64,000 bases of DNA. Source: Clostridia bacterium (GTDB lineage Bacteria; Bacillota; Clostridia; Christensenellales; DTU072). This document shows, in pieces, positions 26,799 to 37,082 of the stretch (positions are counted from its first letter, which is position 1; the number at the start of each line of letters is the position of its first letter). The stretch is taken from NCBI GenBank assembly GCA_045535785.1, contig JAZSMH010000047.1, positions 8,250 to 72,249 on the forward strand. Reading direction: 5' to 3'. Both the position numbers and the translations under genes were made by a program. The notes under the pieces were generated by a model. It was given only the letters and a program-made list of their open reading frames with translations. It was not told where the DNA came from and ran no database searches.

Positions 26799-27578
26799 AT
26801 GAGAAAGTTAACCACAATGGGCTTTATCTGTCTTGAAGACGATTATAAGTTCATTTACAAAATTGCTAAAATTGAATATGAAGAATGGGAAGACGGTGCA
26901 TTTAACTATATATTCCGTCCATTTTATAACGTTATTGATATGTTGCCTGACCACTTATTTCAGGGCATTCCTGGACTTGATTTGAGTTTGAAAAGAGCCG
27001 TATATGAACGTAAGAATATAGTTCCCACTTTTATTGCGGAAAGAACACCAAGTGAACATCGTGAAGATTTGTGGGCGTTGATGGAAGAAAGCGGTATGCA
27101 AGCATTGAACCGCTTAGAATGGCTCATTAAAACAAACAAGAGATATTCAGGCGATAGATTTTTCGTTATGCCTTTTGACGGTAAAGATGCTGTTAGTTAT
27201 AAAGAGCGCTCTATGTACGATTTGGTAAGAAGGTCGGATAGTCTCAATAAAAAATTGCTTGAAATTATTTGCTTTGGCGATTATCTTTATGCTGATGATA
27301 TTATAATAGACGACAAATCTCGCCTTTATTATTACAGACTTTTAATGCCGATGTATATCCGTGAATTTGAGCGCAAAAAAAAGCTTAGAATGCGCGGAAT
27401 AGAAAAAGCGAAAGAACAAAACGTTTATAAAGGTCGTGGACAAATAAAAATTGACCCATTACTCTTTGATAGAGTTGCTAATGATTATTTGCACGGAAAA
27501 ATATCTGCCGACCAAGCGTCTTTGATATTAAAAATAAGTAGAGCAACATTTTTTAGAAGATTAAGGGAAAGAAAATAA
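26799..27578 (+). CDS. Fusion of a HipS/HipA-N-terminal-like domain with a truncated serine-recombinase tail and HTH
   Basis: N-half FIAERTPSEHREDL...GM...LEWL.KT...GD; C-half EFER...GIEKAK...YKGR...ISRATFFR. Confidence 0.6.
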   Translation: MRKLTTMGFICLEDDYKFIYKIAKIEYEEWEDGAFNYIFRPFYNVIDMLPDHLFQGIPGLDLSLKRAVYERKNIVPTFIAERTPSEHREDLWALMEESGMQALNRLEWLIKTNKRYSGDRFFVMPFDGKDAVSYKERSMYDLVRRSDSLNKKLLEIICFGDYLYADDIIIDDKSRLYYYRLLMPMYIREFERKKKLRMRGIEKAKEQNVYKGRGQIKIDPLLFDRVANDYLHGKISADQASLILKISRATFFRRLRERK

Positions 27579-27597
27579 GAATTTTGCGGAGCATACA

Positions 27598-28158
27598 ATG
27601 GGAAAGAAATTATCAGAAATGAGTTTGGAAGAACTTTGGTTGTTGTTTCCAATCTTTTTAGAAGAACATAAAGATTGTTGGCAAGAATGGTACTTTGAAG
27701 AAGAGCGTCTATTGAAAAACGTATTTTCTTCAAGTGAAAGAATCAGCCATATTGGCAGCACCGCTATTCCTTCTATTTGGGCAAAACCTATTGTAGATAT
27801 TCTCGTAGAAGTTCCAAAGGGGAGAAATTTGCTTGACTACGAAGCACAGTTAACAAACAACGGCTATATTTGTATGTCACAAAGCAAAGATAGAATGTCT
27901 TTTAACAAAGGATATACCGAGAATGGATTTTCTGAGCGAGTATTTCATTTACACTTGAGATATGTAGGGGATAACGACGAATTGTACTTCAGAGATTATC
28001 TTATCGAGTATATTGAGATAGCAAAAGAGTATGAAAAATTAAAGCTCTCGCTATGGAAAGAATACGAACATAATCGAGATGCTTATACGAAAGCAAAGAC
28101 CGAGTTTGTAAAGAAATATACAGAAAACGCGAAGTCGATTTATGGAAGTAGATATTGA
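27598..28158 (+). CDS. GrpB family (UPF0157) nucleotidyltransferase-fold protein
   Basis: ISHIGSTAIP..AKPIVDI, FHLHL, FRDYL, Y..LKL.L, YT.AKTEF. Confidence 0.88.
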   Translation: MGKKLSEMSLEELWLLFPIFLEEHKDCWQEWYFEEERLLKNVFSSSERISHIGSTAIPSIWAKPIVDILVEVPKGRNLLDYEAQLTNNGYICMSQSKDRMSFNKGYTENGFSERVFHLHLRYVGDNDELYFRDYLIEYIEIAKEYEKLKLSLWKEYEHNRDAYTKAKTEFVKKYTENAKSIYGSRY

Positions 28159-28296
28159 CGAATTCCAATTTATCAAACCATTGACTTTGTGATATATTAA
28201 AAAAGGCGATTAGACTTTCTTACTAGGACCATTAAGATGGTAGAATATAGCAGGTTAGAATACATGACGCGTGTATTTTTCTTATAGCCTTGTTAA

Positions 28297-29490
28297 TCAA
28301 ACGCGTATTCTTGCTATTTTTCCGTAAGGCGGAGTAACGTTATCGTTATTTAATAGCCATAATACGGGTATACCCATGGTAAGTGTTTTTTTAGGGAAGG
28401 GCGCGTATCCATCGGTAAGAATAATTATACTCGCGGGTTTATTTTCCATATTTTTATTTACGTATTCGAATATGATCTGAAAGTTTGTACCACCACCGCC
28501 TTTTGGGTGGATAGTTTTTAATTCCCGTTCATTTTCAAAAGGTTTTGGTTCTACGATAGCGGCATCAAAAAAGCCTATCAACCCTTTTAGTTTTCCGTCA
28601 AATTGGTCGATTGCACCTTTTATTTCCGAATATGCCGCGGTAATCATACTGTCCGACATAGATCCCGACGTATCAATCATAAATAGTATATCTTTTACTA
28701 TTTCTTCTTTTTCATTAAAGTCTGGAAGGAAAAAGGAACTTTCGTTATAGCGCCGATCGGGCGGTGAAAAAGAATAATCCATCACTTCTTCCTGTACAAA
28801 ATCGTTAAGTACAGTTTTCCAATTAGTTTGTGGATTTTTTAGTTCTTCAAAAATTCGTTCGATAAAGTTAGGCAAAAGTCCGCGAGAATTATTTGGATCG
28901 CGCATAGCAATAGCAGTATGAGCATCTTCAATGCGCTTTTTCCATACGTTACGTAATTCAACGTTCTTTTCATGCGTGCCCCATCGCGAGTGATCGTCCC
29001 AATTTTGTCCGATATTTTTTTTAAGATAGCCGTTTGTTTTTATAAGCATTTCATAAATTTGTTCGGCAGTATACTCATATCCTTCCTTGCCGTCGGGTGT
29101 TAGATGCATAAGTGTGCCGTAGTTAGAAAGCGTGATACTTGCGTAATTCATATTGTTTTCTAACAAAATATTAGAATTTACCACAATATCGCAAGCAACG
29201 TTAAAAACAGTGTTATCACGATTACGTGACCGTAAACAATGTTGCAAAACTACGTGCATAATTTCATGTAACATAACGAAATCAAGTTCGCTACTAGTTA
29301 GACTTTCCAAAAAGTCAATGCCAAAAATTATACGTACACCGTCTGTGCAAGCGGTGTTTATTTTTTCATCTAGCGTATAAGTCATATGCATCAAAAGCAA
29401 TCCAAAAAATCCGTGATTGTTAAGTAAGCGCATACGCGAAAGCATAAGTTTTTTTATGCACTTTTTTATTCTTTCGTTAGTAACAACCAT
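28297..29490 (-). CDS. Metallopeptidase (HExxH) + vWA-like domain protein (DUF2201-like)
   Basis: TACTDG, MLHEIMH, NVACD, IDTSGSM MIDAS, GGGGTNF, LTDGY. Confidence 0.85.
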   Translation of the reverse strand: MVVTNERIKKCIKKLMLSRMRLLNNHGFFGLLLMHMTYTLDEKINTACTDGVRIIFGIDFLESLTSSELDFVMLHEIMHVVLQHCLRSRNRDNTVFNVACDIVVNSNILLENNMNYASITLSNYGTLMHLTPDGKEGYEYTAEQIYEMLIKTNGYLKKNIGQNWDDHSRWGTHEKNVELRNVWKKRIEDAHTAIAMRDPNNSRGLLPNFIERIFEELKNPQTNWKTVLNDFVQEEVMDYSFSPPDRRYNESSFFLPDFNEKEEIVKDILFMIDTSGSMSDSMITAAYSEIKGAIDQFDGKLKGLIGFFDAAIVEPKPFENERELKTIHPKGGGGTNFQIIFEYVNKNMENKPASIIILTDGYAPFPKKTLTMGIPVLWLLNNDNVTPPYGKIARIRV

Positions 29491-30591
29491 TTATAAATTT
29501 CCTTTTGTGCGTAACCATTTCAAAAATTCAGGAATTTGCATTAATTTTTCTACGTAGTTTTCATCTATGTGAATATAATCTTTCAAAAGCATTGTAGCAA
29601 AATCTGCAGGCATTTTTTCTGCATAGATTATAGAATTTTTGATACGCGTCATTTCATTTTTGTGTTCTCGCGCATACGCCACCATTGAAGACGTTAAAGC
29701 ATACAAACAATCGGTGTTTGTGGGTAAAGGCGGTGATTTTCCGTCAAAAATATCCGATACGTTGGGGATTTTGTTATAAAAGTGTGCCCACGTTTTGAAT
29801 TCAACCGCTACACCGCACCCGACAATGCCCGCAATAAGAAAAAACGTTTTTTCCAAATCGCTATTTACGTTATTAAGAACGTTGCTTACCATTTCCCAAG
29901 AGCGCGGGGTAGGAAAGGCGAGATCGTCAGAAGACGTATCTAGTCGTGACAAATAATTTGGTTTGAACGTCAAAAAACCTATTACATTATCGTTTATATT
30001 GTTTTTTTGCGCCCATTTTTTCCAAGACAAAAAGTTACTTTCTACTTCTATATGCAAAAGTCTATTAGCAAGTGCTTTCGGCATTTTGTAAGCGACGGAT
30101 TTGTCGGTTGTACGGTTGCCTGCGGCTATGACTATACAATTATCGGGCAGTTTGTGCTCGCCGATAACTCTATCAAGAGTTATTTGATAGGCGGCGGCCT
30201 GTATCGACTGTGGTGCTGCAGAAATTTCGTCAAGAAAAAGGATATTGACGACGTCTTTACTTTCGTCCATGTTGAAAATTTTTGGTTTTAACCATATAGC
30301 CAAGGTTTTATCGTTATTCGCAGTCGGTATTCCGCGAAGATCGATAGGATTGAAGAGTAAGAGCCGTACGTCGGTAACGAATACCTTTTTCGAGGTGTTT
30401 TCTTCAATATTTTTTGCAATTTGCCGTATCGCTTGCGACTTACCCACACCGGGTGCCCCCCAAAGCATTACGGACGGGATAATTTTTATAGGTAGGTGAT
30501 TATTAATGACGGTACAAAAAGCATTACTCAATTCTTCTACCGTTTTTTCTACGTCAAGAGAAGGAACGTTATTAAGTTTTAGTTCGTTCAT
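29491..30591 (-). CDS. MoxR-like AAA+ ATPase
   Basis: WGAPGVGKS, LFLDE, AAGNR, ALANRLLH, FPTPRSW. Confidence 0.88.
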   Translation of the reverse strand: MNELKLNNVPSLDVEKTVEELSNAFCTVINNHLPIKIIPSVMLWGAPGVGKSQAIRQIAKNIEENTSKKVFVTDVRLLLFNPIDLRGIPTANNDKTLAIWLKPKIFNMDESKDVVNILFLDEISAAPQSIQAAAYQITLDRVIGEHKLPDNCIVIAAGNRTTDKSVAYKMPKALANRLLHIEVESNFLSWKKWAQKNNINDNVIGFLTFKPNYLSRLDTSSDDLAFPTPRSWEMVSNVLNNVNSDLEKTFFLIAGIVGCGVAVEFKTWAHFYNKIPNVSDIFDGKSPPLPTNTDCLYALTSSMVAYAREHKNEMTRIKNSIIYAEKMPADFATMLLKDYIHIDENYVEKLMQIPEFLKWLRTKGNL

Positions 30592-33500
30592 TTTTTATCC
30601 ACCCCCAATTCACAGTCTAGTTTTTCAAGCTCTTTCGTTAATTCTTCAATTTTATCGGTGTAGTCTTCTTTGCGTGCAAGTTCTGTTTTTAGTGCGTCTT
30701 GTCTTGCGTAAGTATCGTTAAGATGTTTTTTCTTTTTTTCCAAAATTTCCGTTAATTTCCCTAAATAATTATCTATACGTGTAAGAATACCAAGTTGTGT
30801 ATCACCAAGTTCAACGTAATATTTTCCGTTTTTAATTAACCAAACAAAAGGCTTTTGCAAAGTCATATTGACGGGTGACAAAATATCAAACCCTTGATAG
30901 GAAGTAATCACGGTTTCTTTTGAATTAAGGACGTTATTTTTAAGCGTACCGAAGATTTCTTCGCGAAGCAGTTTTCTTTCGTCAGCGCTATATTCGCGAC
31001 GGTTATTTTTGTAGTATTCAATATCTAATTGACATTTTTTTATCACGTCTAGTTGGTTAGTGATGCTTGAAGGAAGCTCTAACAGTTGCTTTTGTATAAG
31101 CATGCGTTTTTCCACCGTTTTGCTCTGCAAAGACTGATATTTTGACAATTCGTTCGCCCTTTCCACCCTTTTTTTGATTAGTGGGTTGCCGATAGCAAGG
31201 GCTTTTACTTCAGCGTAGTTAAGGACGGTATTCTCTACGTCCGATCCGCTTCGTTCCGCTAAAGAACCCGAAAGTAATTTAGTAATAAATCTCTGTTTTG
31301 TTTCTAACAATTGCCAAGAATATGCGTCAAAACTTCCTTCGGTTACGTATCGATAGATATCGATTTTTGCATTATCGTTGCCTTGACGAAGGATACGTCC
31401 TTCCCGTTGCGTCATATCGGCAGGTCGCCAAGGTACGTCAAGGTGATGCATTGCAACCAGTTTATTTTGCACGTTCACCCCAAGCCCAAGTTTAAAAGTT
31501 GAGCCAATCAAAACGCGAACAATGCCGTTTCTCGTTTTTAAGAACAATTTTTCTCTCTCCGTTTCGGTATTTGCATCGTGTACGTAAGCGATTTTTTCTT
31601 TGGGTATCCCCATATTCACTAACAATTTTTTTACTTCATCATAGACGTTAAAACCGTTTTTTGGGACCGAAGTATCGCAAAAAATAAGTTGAACGCCACT
31701 TTTATAGTTTGTTTTTAAATAAATATCGAATACGTTTTCTACACATCTTGCCACTTTTGACTGATAACTAAATGGAATAGTATTGTCTATGAGTCTAATA
31801 TCTAGCGCTGCTTTTCTACCGTCCGTAGTGATCTTTAACATATTGTCTTTATGTCGCGGTACGTCACCACTTCTTATTCTTTCAGCACGAATAGATATTT
31901 CGTTAAGATACTTTTTTAAATCGTGACTTTTTGTTATGATAGCATCGCTATATCCATCGAATTTAGGTATATTAGCAGTTTCGTCTAGTTGGTGAAAATC
32001 TGCTATAGAAGATAACAGCGAAGTAAGCTCGGGCAGGTTGTGGAATTTTGAAAACCGCGTGACAAGACGATAGTTGCTCGTATCTACGTCAATTTCAAAT
32101 TCGGTTGCTTTTTCTGCGAACATACCTATCCAACTGTCAAAATTCTGCAAGTCTAGCATAGCGAGTTCATCGCTTTGTAAATATTGTTGCATAACGAAAA
32201 CGTCCGTTAAGGAATTAGTTATAGGCGTACCCGTTGCCATCACCACCCCACCACCGTTATTTTGTTCTTGAATAAGCCGTACTTTATTCAGCATATCGGT
32301 ACATTTTTTCGAGCCGTTTGCGCTTATACCGGGCATATTATCCATCTTTGTCTGCAAAGGTACGTTCTTGTAGTTATGCGCTTCGTCAATAAACAATCTC
32401 GTTATGCCGAGTTCGTCAAAATATATAGAGTCGTACACTTCGTCAAGTACCGTGGACAGATTACTAAGTGCTTTTTCCACCGCCGTCAATCTACTTTTTA
32501 GTTGATAAGTGGCCTTATTTTGTTTAGTAACTATTCTTTGTATAAACTCTTTATCTTTTTGTAGTTGTCTGATAAAGAATTGCCTTGATAGGGGAATAAG
32601 TTCAAAACAACTGTACGCCATTATGATACCGTCATAATCTTCGTCGCGTATCTTTTCAAGAACTTTCATTCTATTAGTCGGCGCAAAATTCTTTGGTTCT
32701 ACACAAAGTAATTTTGCATTAGGATACATGGTAAGAAAGATATTTTTCCATTGTTCTACGATATTATTAGGCACTACGTAGAGATTTTTTTGGGATAAAC
32801 CCATACGTTTTAGTTCCATACCGCTAGCAATCATAACGTACGTCTTGCCACTTCCTACTTCATGCGCAAGCAACGTATTCGGCGAAAAGAGTATCCTTGC
32901 CACTGCATTTTTTTGATAAGGATATAGCGTTACGTTAGAAGAAAGGGTAGGAAAAGTTAGGAATGAGCCGTCAAAAATACGTCTACGGACGCATCCAAAA
33001 TTGTTTTCATATATAATTTCTAGCCGTTCTTTTCGTTTTTCGTCTTTCCAAACCCATTTTTGAAATTCCGCAATCAATTTTTTTTGTTTTTCGAGTGCAA
33101 GGAAAGTTTCCGCTTGATTTAATATTTTTTTATGATATGCGTTGTCGGTGATTACGATATTTTTTTGGTTGAGCGTCTTTTCTAGAATTCGTAATGCGCC
33201 CATTCTCGAAGTACCGTACGTACTGTTTGACGTTACGGTGTTAGATAGAAAGTAATCCCGTTTTAGTGGAATTTCCCAAGTTCCCGTTATTTCATCGTGC
33301 AACGTACGTTGATGACTGCTATAACGGTCCGACGGTAAGTTAAAGAGATATAAAATAAAGTCGTCGATAACGTCTGTAGGCACCCAAGGTGAACCTAGCG
33401 TGATAAAAATATCTTTCGTTGCCACCGCGCTAGGCAAGACTTTTTTTATGGCTTTTAGATTGTCGCGAAAATACCCGTTGTAGATTTTGTTTGCTTCTTC

Positions 33501-34013
33501 CGCTTTCTTCCACTTTTGCATTAAATTTCCCGAGAGATATTCTTCCGCCGTTTCCCATCCCTTATAAAAACATTCACCCCAAGTTTGTGGATTTTGATAA
33601 ATAGCCCCTTTTAACGCGCAAATAACCGTTTTGCAATCTTCCCCTGTGATAGCAGATATATATTCTATATCCACGCACCCAATGGTAGATAGTGACGTAA
33701 CTAGTGCATCGGGAATACTATCTACGTGTACGTCTTGCGCGCGAATATCGGTAAAGAATGCGTTTTCATAATCTAACGGTAGATCCATAGAAGTAGCTTC
33801 AGATATGAGTTTTTCTAATTTTTGCTCTTTTTCTTTTTTCCGTTTCACCTTTATTTCTTTTTGTAAGATGACTTTTTTGTGCGTTTTTGAGAGGCAATCG
33901 GCAATTTTCGTCAATTCATCAATTGATAGACGATTGTTTTTTTCATTTATAATTAAATTTGCAATATGCTCCAATGCGTCAGCGAGATCGTCAATTAATA
34001 TGAATTCGTTCAT
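30588..34013 (-). CDS. SF2 (SNF2-like) helicase of the DarB / methylase-helicase type, without a methylase domain
   Basis: LYPYQ, AHEVGSGKT, IDEAH, ATGTP, LGVNVQ, QREGRILRQGN; no methyltransferase motifs seen. Confidence 0.85.
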   Translation of the reverse strand: MNEFILIDDLADALEHIANLIINEKNNRLSIDELTKIADCLSKTHKKVILQKEIKVKRKKEKEQKLEKLISEATSMDLPLDYENAFFTDIRAQDVHVDSIPDALVTSLSTIGCVDIEYISAITGEDCKTVICALKGAIYQNPQTWGECFYKGWETAEEYLSGNLMQKWKKAEEANKIYNGYFRDNLKAIKKVLPSAVATKDIFITLGSPWVPTDVIDDFILYLFNLPSDRYSSHQRTLHDEITGTWEIPLKRDYFLSNTVTSNSTYGTSRMGALRILEKTLNQKNIVITDNAYHKKILNQAETFLALEKQKKLIAEFQKWVWKDEKRKERLEIIYENNFGCVRRRIFDGSFLTFPTLSSNVTLYPYQKNAVARILFSPNTLLAHEVGSGKTYVMIASGMELKRMGLSQKNLYVVPNNIVEQWKNIFLTMYPNAKLLCVEPKNFAPTNRMKVLEKIRDEDYDGIIMAYSCFELIPLSRQFFIRQLQKDKEFIQRIVTKQNKATYQLKSRLTAVEKALSNLSTVLDEVYDSIYFDELGITRLFIDEAHNYKNVPLQTKMDNMPGISANGSKKCTDMLNKVRLIQEQNNGGGVVMATGTPITNSLTDVFVMQQYLQSDELAMLDLQNFDSWIGMFAEKATEFEIDVDTSNYRLVTRFSKFHNLPELTSLLSSIADFHQLDETANIPKFDGYSDAIITKSHDLKKYLNEISIRAERIRSGDVPRHKDNMLKITTDGRKAALDIRLIDNTIPFSYQSKVARCVENVFDIYLKTNYKSGVQLIFCDTSVPKNGFNVYDEVKKLLVNMGIPKEKIAYVHDANTETEREKLFLKTRNGIVRVLIGSTFKLGLGVNVQNKLVAMHHLDVPWRPADMTQREGRILRQGNDNAKIDIYRYVTEGSFDAYSWQLLETKQRFITKLLSGSLAERSGSDVENTVLNYAEVKALAIGNPLIKKRVERANELSKYQSLQSKTVEKRMLIQKQLLELPSSITNQLDVIKKCQLDIEYYKNNRREYSADERKLLREEIFGTLKNNVLNSKETVITSYQGFDILSPVNMTLQKPFVWLIKNGKYYVELGDTQLGILTRIDNYLGKLTEILEKKKKHLNDTYARQDALKTELARKEDYTDKIEELTKELEKLDCELGVDKK

Positions 34014-34213
34014 ATCTATAAAAAATCTACCTTTATTTTTTTCTTATTGTGAATGTAGTATAGCAAAGTCAATGGAATGTTTTTGGTACACGAAAAATTA
34101 TCTTAACGGTGGCGCATTAATATCTTGATAACTATCTCTTTTTATGGTACAATTTATATGGATTTAACGAAATTATCAACGTAGAAAATAAAAGTTTTTT
34201 TGGGAGACAGAAT

Positions 34214-35344
34214 ATGATATATAAGAATTTTTTGGGTAAATCACTTTCCGCACTAGGTATGGGCTGTATGCGTCTACCACTTATAGATGGCAAGCACGAT
34301 AATATCGACGTTGATACCGTTAGTCAAATGGTAGAGTACGCTATTAATAAAGGCGTCAATTACTTCGACACCGCGTGGGGTTATCACGACGGACAGTCGG
34401 AGAGAGTTATAGGTAAAGTGTTAAAAAAATACCCTAGAGAAAGTTTTTATTTAGCAAGCAAATTCCCCGGCTACGACCTAAACAATATAACGAGAGTAGA
34501 AGAAATCTTTGAAGAACAACTAGAACGTTGTCAAGTGGAATATTTCGATTTTTATATGTTCCACAACGTATGCGAAACCAACGTTGATTACTATCTAGAT
34601 CCTAAGTACGGCATTTTTGACTACCTTATCGAGCAAAAGAAAAACGGTAGAATTAAGCATTTAGGTTTTTCTACGCACGCATCACAACAGAACTTTTTAC
34701 GCTTTTTAGACGCATACGGTGAGCATATGGAATTTTGCCAAGTACAACTCAATTGGATAGATTGGAAAATGCAGAATGCAAAGGCAAAAGTAGAAGAACT
34801 CAACAAGCGCAATATCCCCGTTTGGGTTATGGAGCCCGTCCGCGGTGGCAAGCTCGCTACGCTAGAAGATAAATATTTAGACCAACTAAAAACTTTGCGT
34901 CCAGTTAGCGCGGTAGAATGGGCGTTTAGATATCTACAAAGCATACAAGGCGTGACGGTAACGCTATCGGGTATGTCGAATATGGCGCAATTACAAGACA
35001 ATATTGCGATTTTTGAACAAGAAAAACCCCTTAATAGTGAAGAACTAGCCAAATTATACGACGTCGCTAACCAAATTACCTCCGTAGGCACGTTGCCGTG
35101 CACTTCTTGTCGCTACTGCACCACCGACTGCCCTATGGAATTAGATATTCCTAAAATAATAGAACTCTACAACGAGCACGTATACACGGGCGGTGGCTTC
35201 CTTGCACCTATGGCTATCGGCGCGATGCCCGAAAACAAACGTCCTTCCGCGTGCATAGGTTGTCAACAATGCGAATCGGTTTGCCCGCAAAATATAAAAA
35301 TTAGCGAAATGATGACCGATTTTACGTCAAGGTTAAAAGACTAA
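34214..35344 (+). CDS. Aldo/keto reductase with C-terminal Fe-S domain
   Basis: LGMGCMRLP, YFDTAWGY, MEPVRGG, CTSCRYC...CIGCQQCESVCP. Confidence 0.92.
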   Translation: MIYKNFLGKSLSALGMGCMRLPLIDGKHDNIDVDTVSQMVEYAINKGVNYFDTAWGYHDGQSERVIGKVLKKYPRESFYLASKFPGYDLNNITRVEEIFEEQLERCQVEYFDFYMFHNVCETNVDYYLDPKYGIFDYLIEQKKNGRIKHLGFSTHASQQNFLRFLDAYGEHMEFCQVQLNWIDWKMQNAKAKVEELNKRNIPVWVMEPVRGGKLATLEDKYLDQLKTLRPVSAVEWAFRYLQSIQGVTVTLSGMSNMAQLQDNIAIFEQEKPLNSEELAKLYDVANQITSVGTLPCTSCRYCTTDCPMELDIPKIIELYNEHVYTGGGFLAPMAIGAMPENKRPSACIGCQQCESVCPQNIKISEMMTDFTSRLKD

Positions 35345-35766
35345 TGAGTAATTTAGAAAAAGCAAAACAAATATTATCGGACGGTGAATATACTTGCGTG
35401 CTAGCGAATGAAAAAATCACCCTTTCGACCAAAGAAAGGGGAGTAAAACCGCTAGTTAAGTGGCTAGAAAGTAGTTTAGATTTTCGCGATTTTTCTTCCG
35501 CTGACAAGGTGATAGGTAAAGGCGCCGCGTTCCTTTATTTATTACTCGGTATAAAATCAATTTACGCTTTCGTTATAAGCACCCCCGCACTAGAATTGTT
35601 GCGAGAACGTAACGTTTATGTAGAATATAGCCAAGAAGTAGACAATATTATCAACCGCCAAGGTACGGGAATTTGTCCTTTTGAAGAAGCGGTGCTACCA
35701 ATAACCGATGAAAAACTCGCCTACCAGCTAATCAAAGAAAAAATGCAAAATTTAGGCATAAAATAG
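35344..35766 (+). CDS. DUF1893 family protein
   Basis: RGVKPL, ADKVIGKGAA, IINR...CPFE. Confidence 0.82.
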   Translation: MSNLEKAKQILSDGEYTCVLANEKITLSTKERGVKPLVKWLESSLDFRDFSSADKVIGKGAAFLYLLLGIKSIYAFVISTPALELLRERNVYVEYSQEVDNIINRQGTGICPFEEAVLPITDEKLAYQLIKEKMQNLGIK

Positions 35767-35776
35767 GGGAACAATC

Positions 35777-36826
35777 ATGAAAAAAGAACGTAAGAAGAAT
35801 GGCGAAAAGAAAACTTTATCAGAAAATCAAAAGAAAGCCAAATTAGTCTTTCAGGTATTATTTTGGGTTTTCATTGCATACTCGATATTCTGCCTTTGTA
35901 GGTCGGGTTCAAGTCTAGTATCAATGACTTTGCAGAACCAAAAATGCCGTAACGTTGAATTAGGGCAAGCAAGGTACGAAGAGATACTTGCTTCGGGCGT
36001 GCAATCTAAATATTCGTATTATACCGAAGAAGAAATAGCACAGGACAGCGATTTAGAAGTTACCGCATTATACCATTTTCCCAACAAAACGGGCGAAAAG
36101 AAGAACTATATTCTCGTTGTTCCGGGCGGTGGATATTTTGAATGTAACGTAAACAAAGTTGCCTTTCCGTACGCAGCGAAAGCCAACGAAGCAGGGTACA
36201 CCGCTTTCGTACTAGGTTATAGATACGGCAGATACTCTTCCCGCCACGCACCGCTAGTTGATATTGCTAGAGCGATTAAATATATCACCGATAACGCGGA
36301 TAGTTTTAACGTTATTCCCACCGATTATATGATAGTAGGGTACTCCGCCGGTGGTAACCTTACGGGCTTATTTGCTTCCGAAGAATTAGGGTACAAGCAG
36401 TATGGTTTACCCAAGCCCTTAACCGTTTCTCTCGTTTATCCGTGGATCAATATCAATGACAAAATACAGGTTACGGGCAATTATTGGCGAGATATATATA
36501 GCCTTTGCGCAAGAGCAATCGGTAACTCCTTCTTTATTGGCAAAGGCCGCACTTTGCAAGATAAATTCGACATTTGTGTACAAAATCACGTTGACGACAA
36601 CTATCCCGCGGTATTCATGGTGCACGGTGACAAGGATTTCGTCGTACCACATCAATACAACGCCGAAGTTATGGAAGAAGCGTTAAGGACGCATAACGTC
36701 AAATATAAATACACTCTTTACAAAGGTCTAAATCACGGATTTGGGATAGGCGAAGGCACCGTTGCCGAGAATTGGGTTGCCGAATCTATAGAATTTTGGG
36801 AAAATTGCAAAAAAATAGCGAATTAA
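35777..36826 (+). CDS. Membrane-anchored alpha/beta hydrolase (esterase)
   Basis: N-terminal TM, VPGGGY, GYSAGG nucleophile elbow, HGDKD, HGFG. Confidence 0.85.
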   Translation: MKKERKKNGEKKTLSENQKKAKLVFQVLFWVFIAYSIFCLCRSGSSLVSMTLQNQKCRNVELGQARYEEILASGVQSKYSYYTEEEIAQDSDLEVTALYHFPNKTGEKKNYILVVPGGGYFECNVNKVAFPYAAKANEAGYTAFVLGYRYGRYSSRHAPLVDIARAIKYITDNADSFNVIPTDYMIVGYSAGGNLTGLFASEELGYKQYGLPKPLTVSLVYPWININDKIQVTGNYWRDIYSLCARAIGNSFFIGKGRTLQDKFDICVQNHVDDNYPAVFMVHGDKDFVVPHQYNAEVMEEALRTHNVKYKYTLYKGLNHGFGIGEGTVAENWVAESIEFWENCKKIAN

Positions 36827-36890
36827 TTTTTCCAAAGGTATTGACAATTTTGGATATTAATGTAAAAATAGTTATTAGATAAATATTTTA

Positions 36891-36950
36891 GGTATATGCT
36901 TATAAATTGGATAAGCGTTTCTACCAACCACCGTATAATGGTTGACTACC
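36891..36950 (+). promoter_or_regulatory. Purine (guanine-class) riboswitch aptamer
   Basis: P1 GGTA/TACC, P2 GCTTAT/ATAAGC, J2/3 GTTTCTAC, P3 CAACCA/TGGTTG with CCGTATAA loop, GAC with C at the specificity position; TTGACA promoter at 36841. Confidence 0.85.
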
Positions 36951-36983
36951 GATTTTTTAGACAATGGTAGTCAACTTTTTGTT
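36941..36983 (+). terminator. Riboswitch expression-platform terminator overlapping the aptamer
   Basis: GTTGACTACC (36941-36950) / GGTAGTCAAC (36966-36975) then TTTTTGTTT. Confidence 0.8.
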
Positions 36984-37082
36984 TATAAAAGAATAATTTT
37001 TATCTTTATTTCCGTCATACTTTTACCTTGCTTTTCGTATTATATACAATGCAAAAAATAAGGAGAGTGTAGACGAGTAAAA

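Noticed and set aside
30588-34013. Calling the helicase a restriction-modification or complete DarB protein
   Set aside because: No FxGxG or NPP(Y/F) methyltransferase motifs and no nuclease motif were seen.
25620-34120. Defining the island as a separate integrative element with its own att sites
   Set aside because: No second integrase, and no tRNA-Val 3' repeat was found at the right border. The boundary rests only on gene content and apparent composition.
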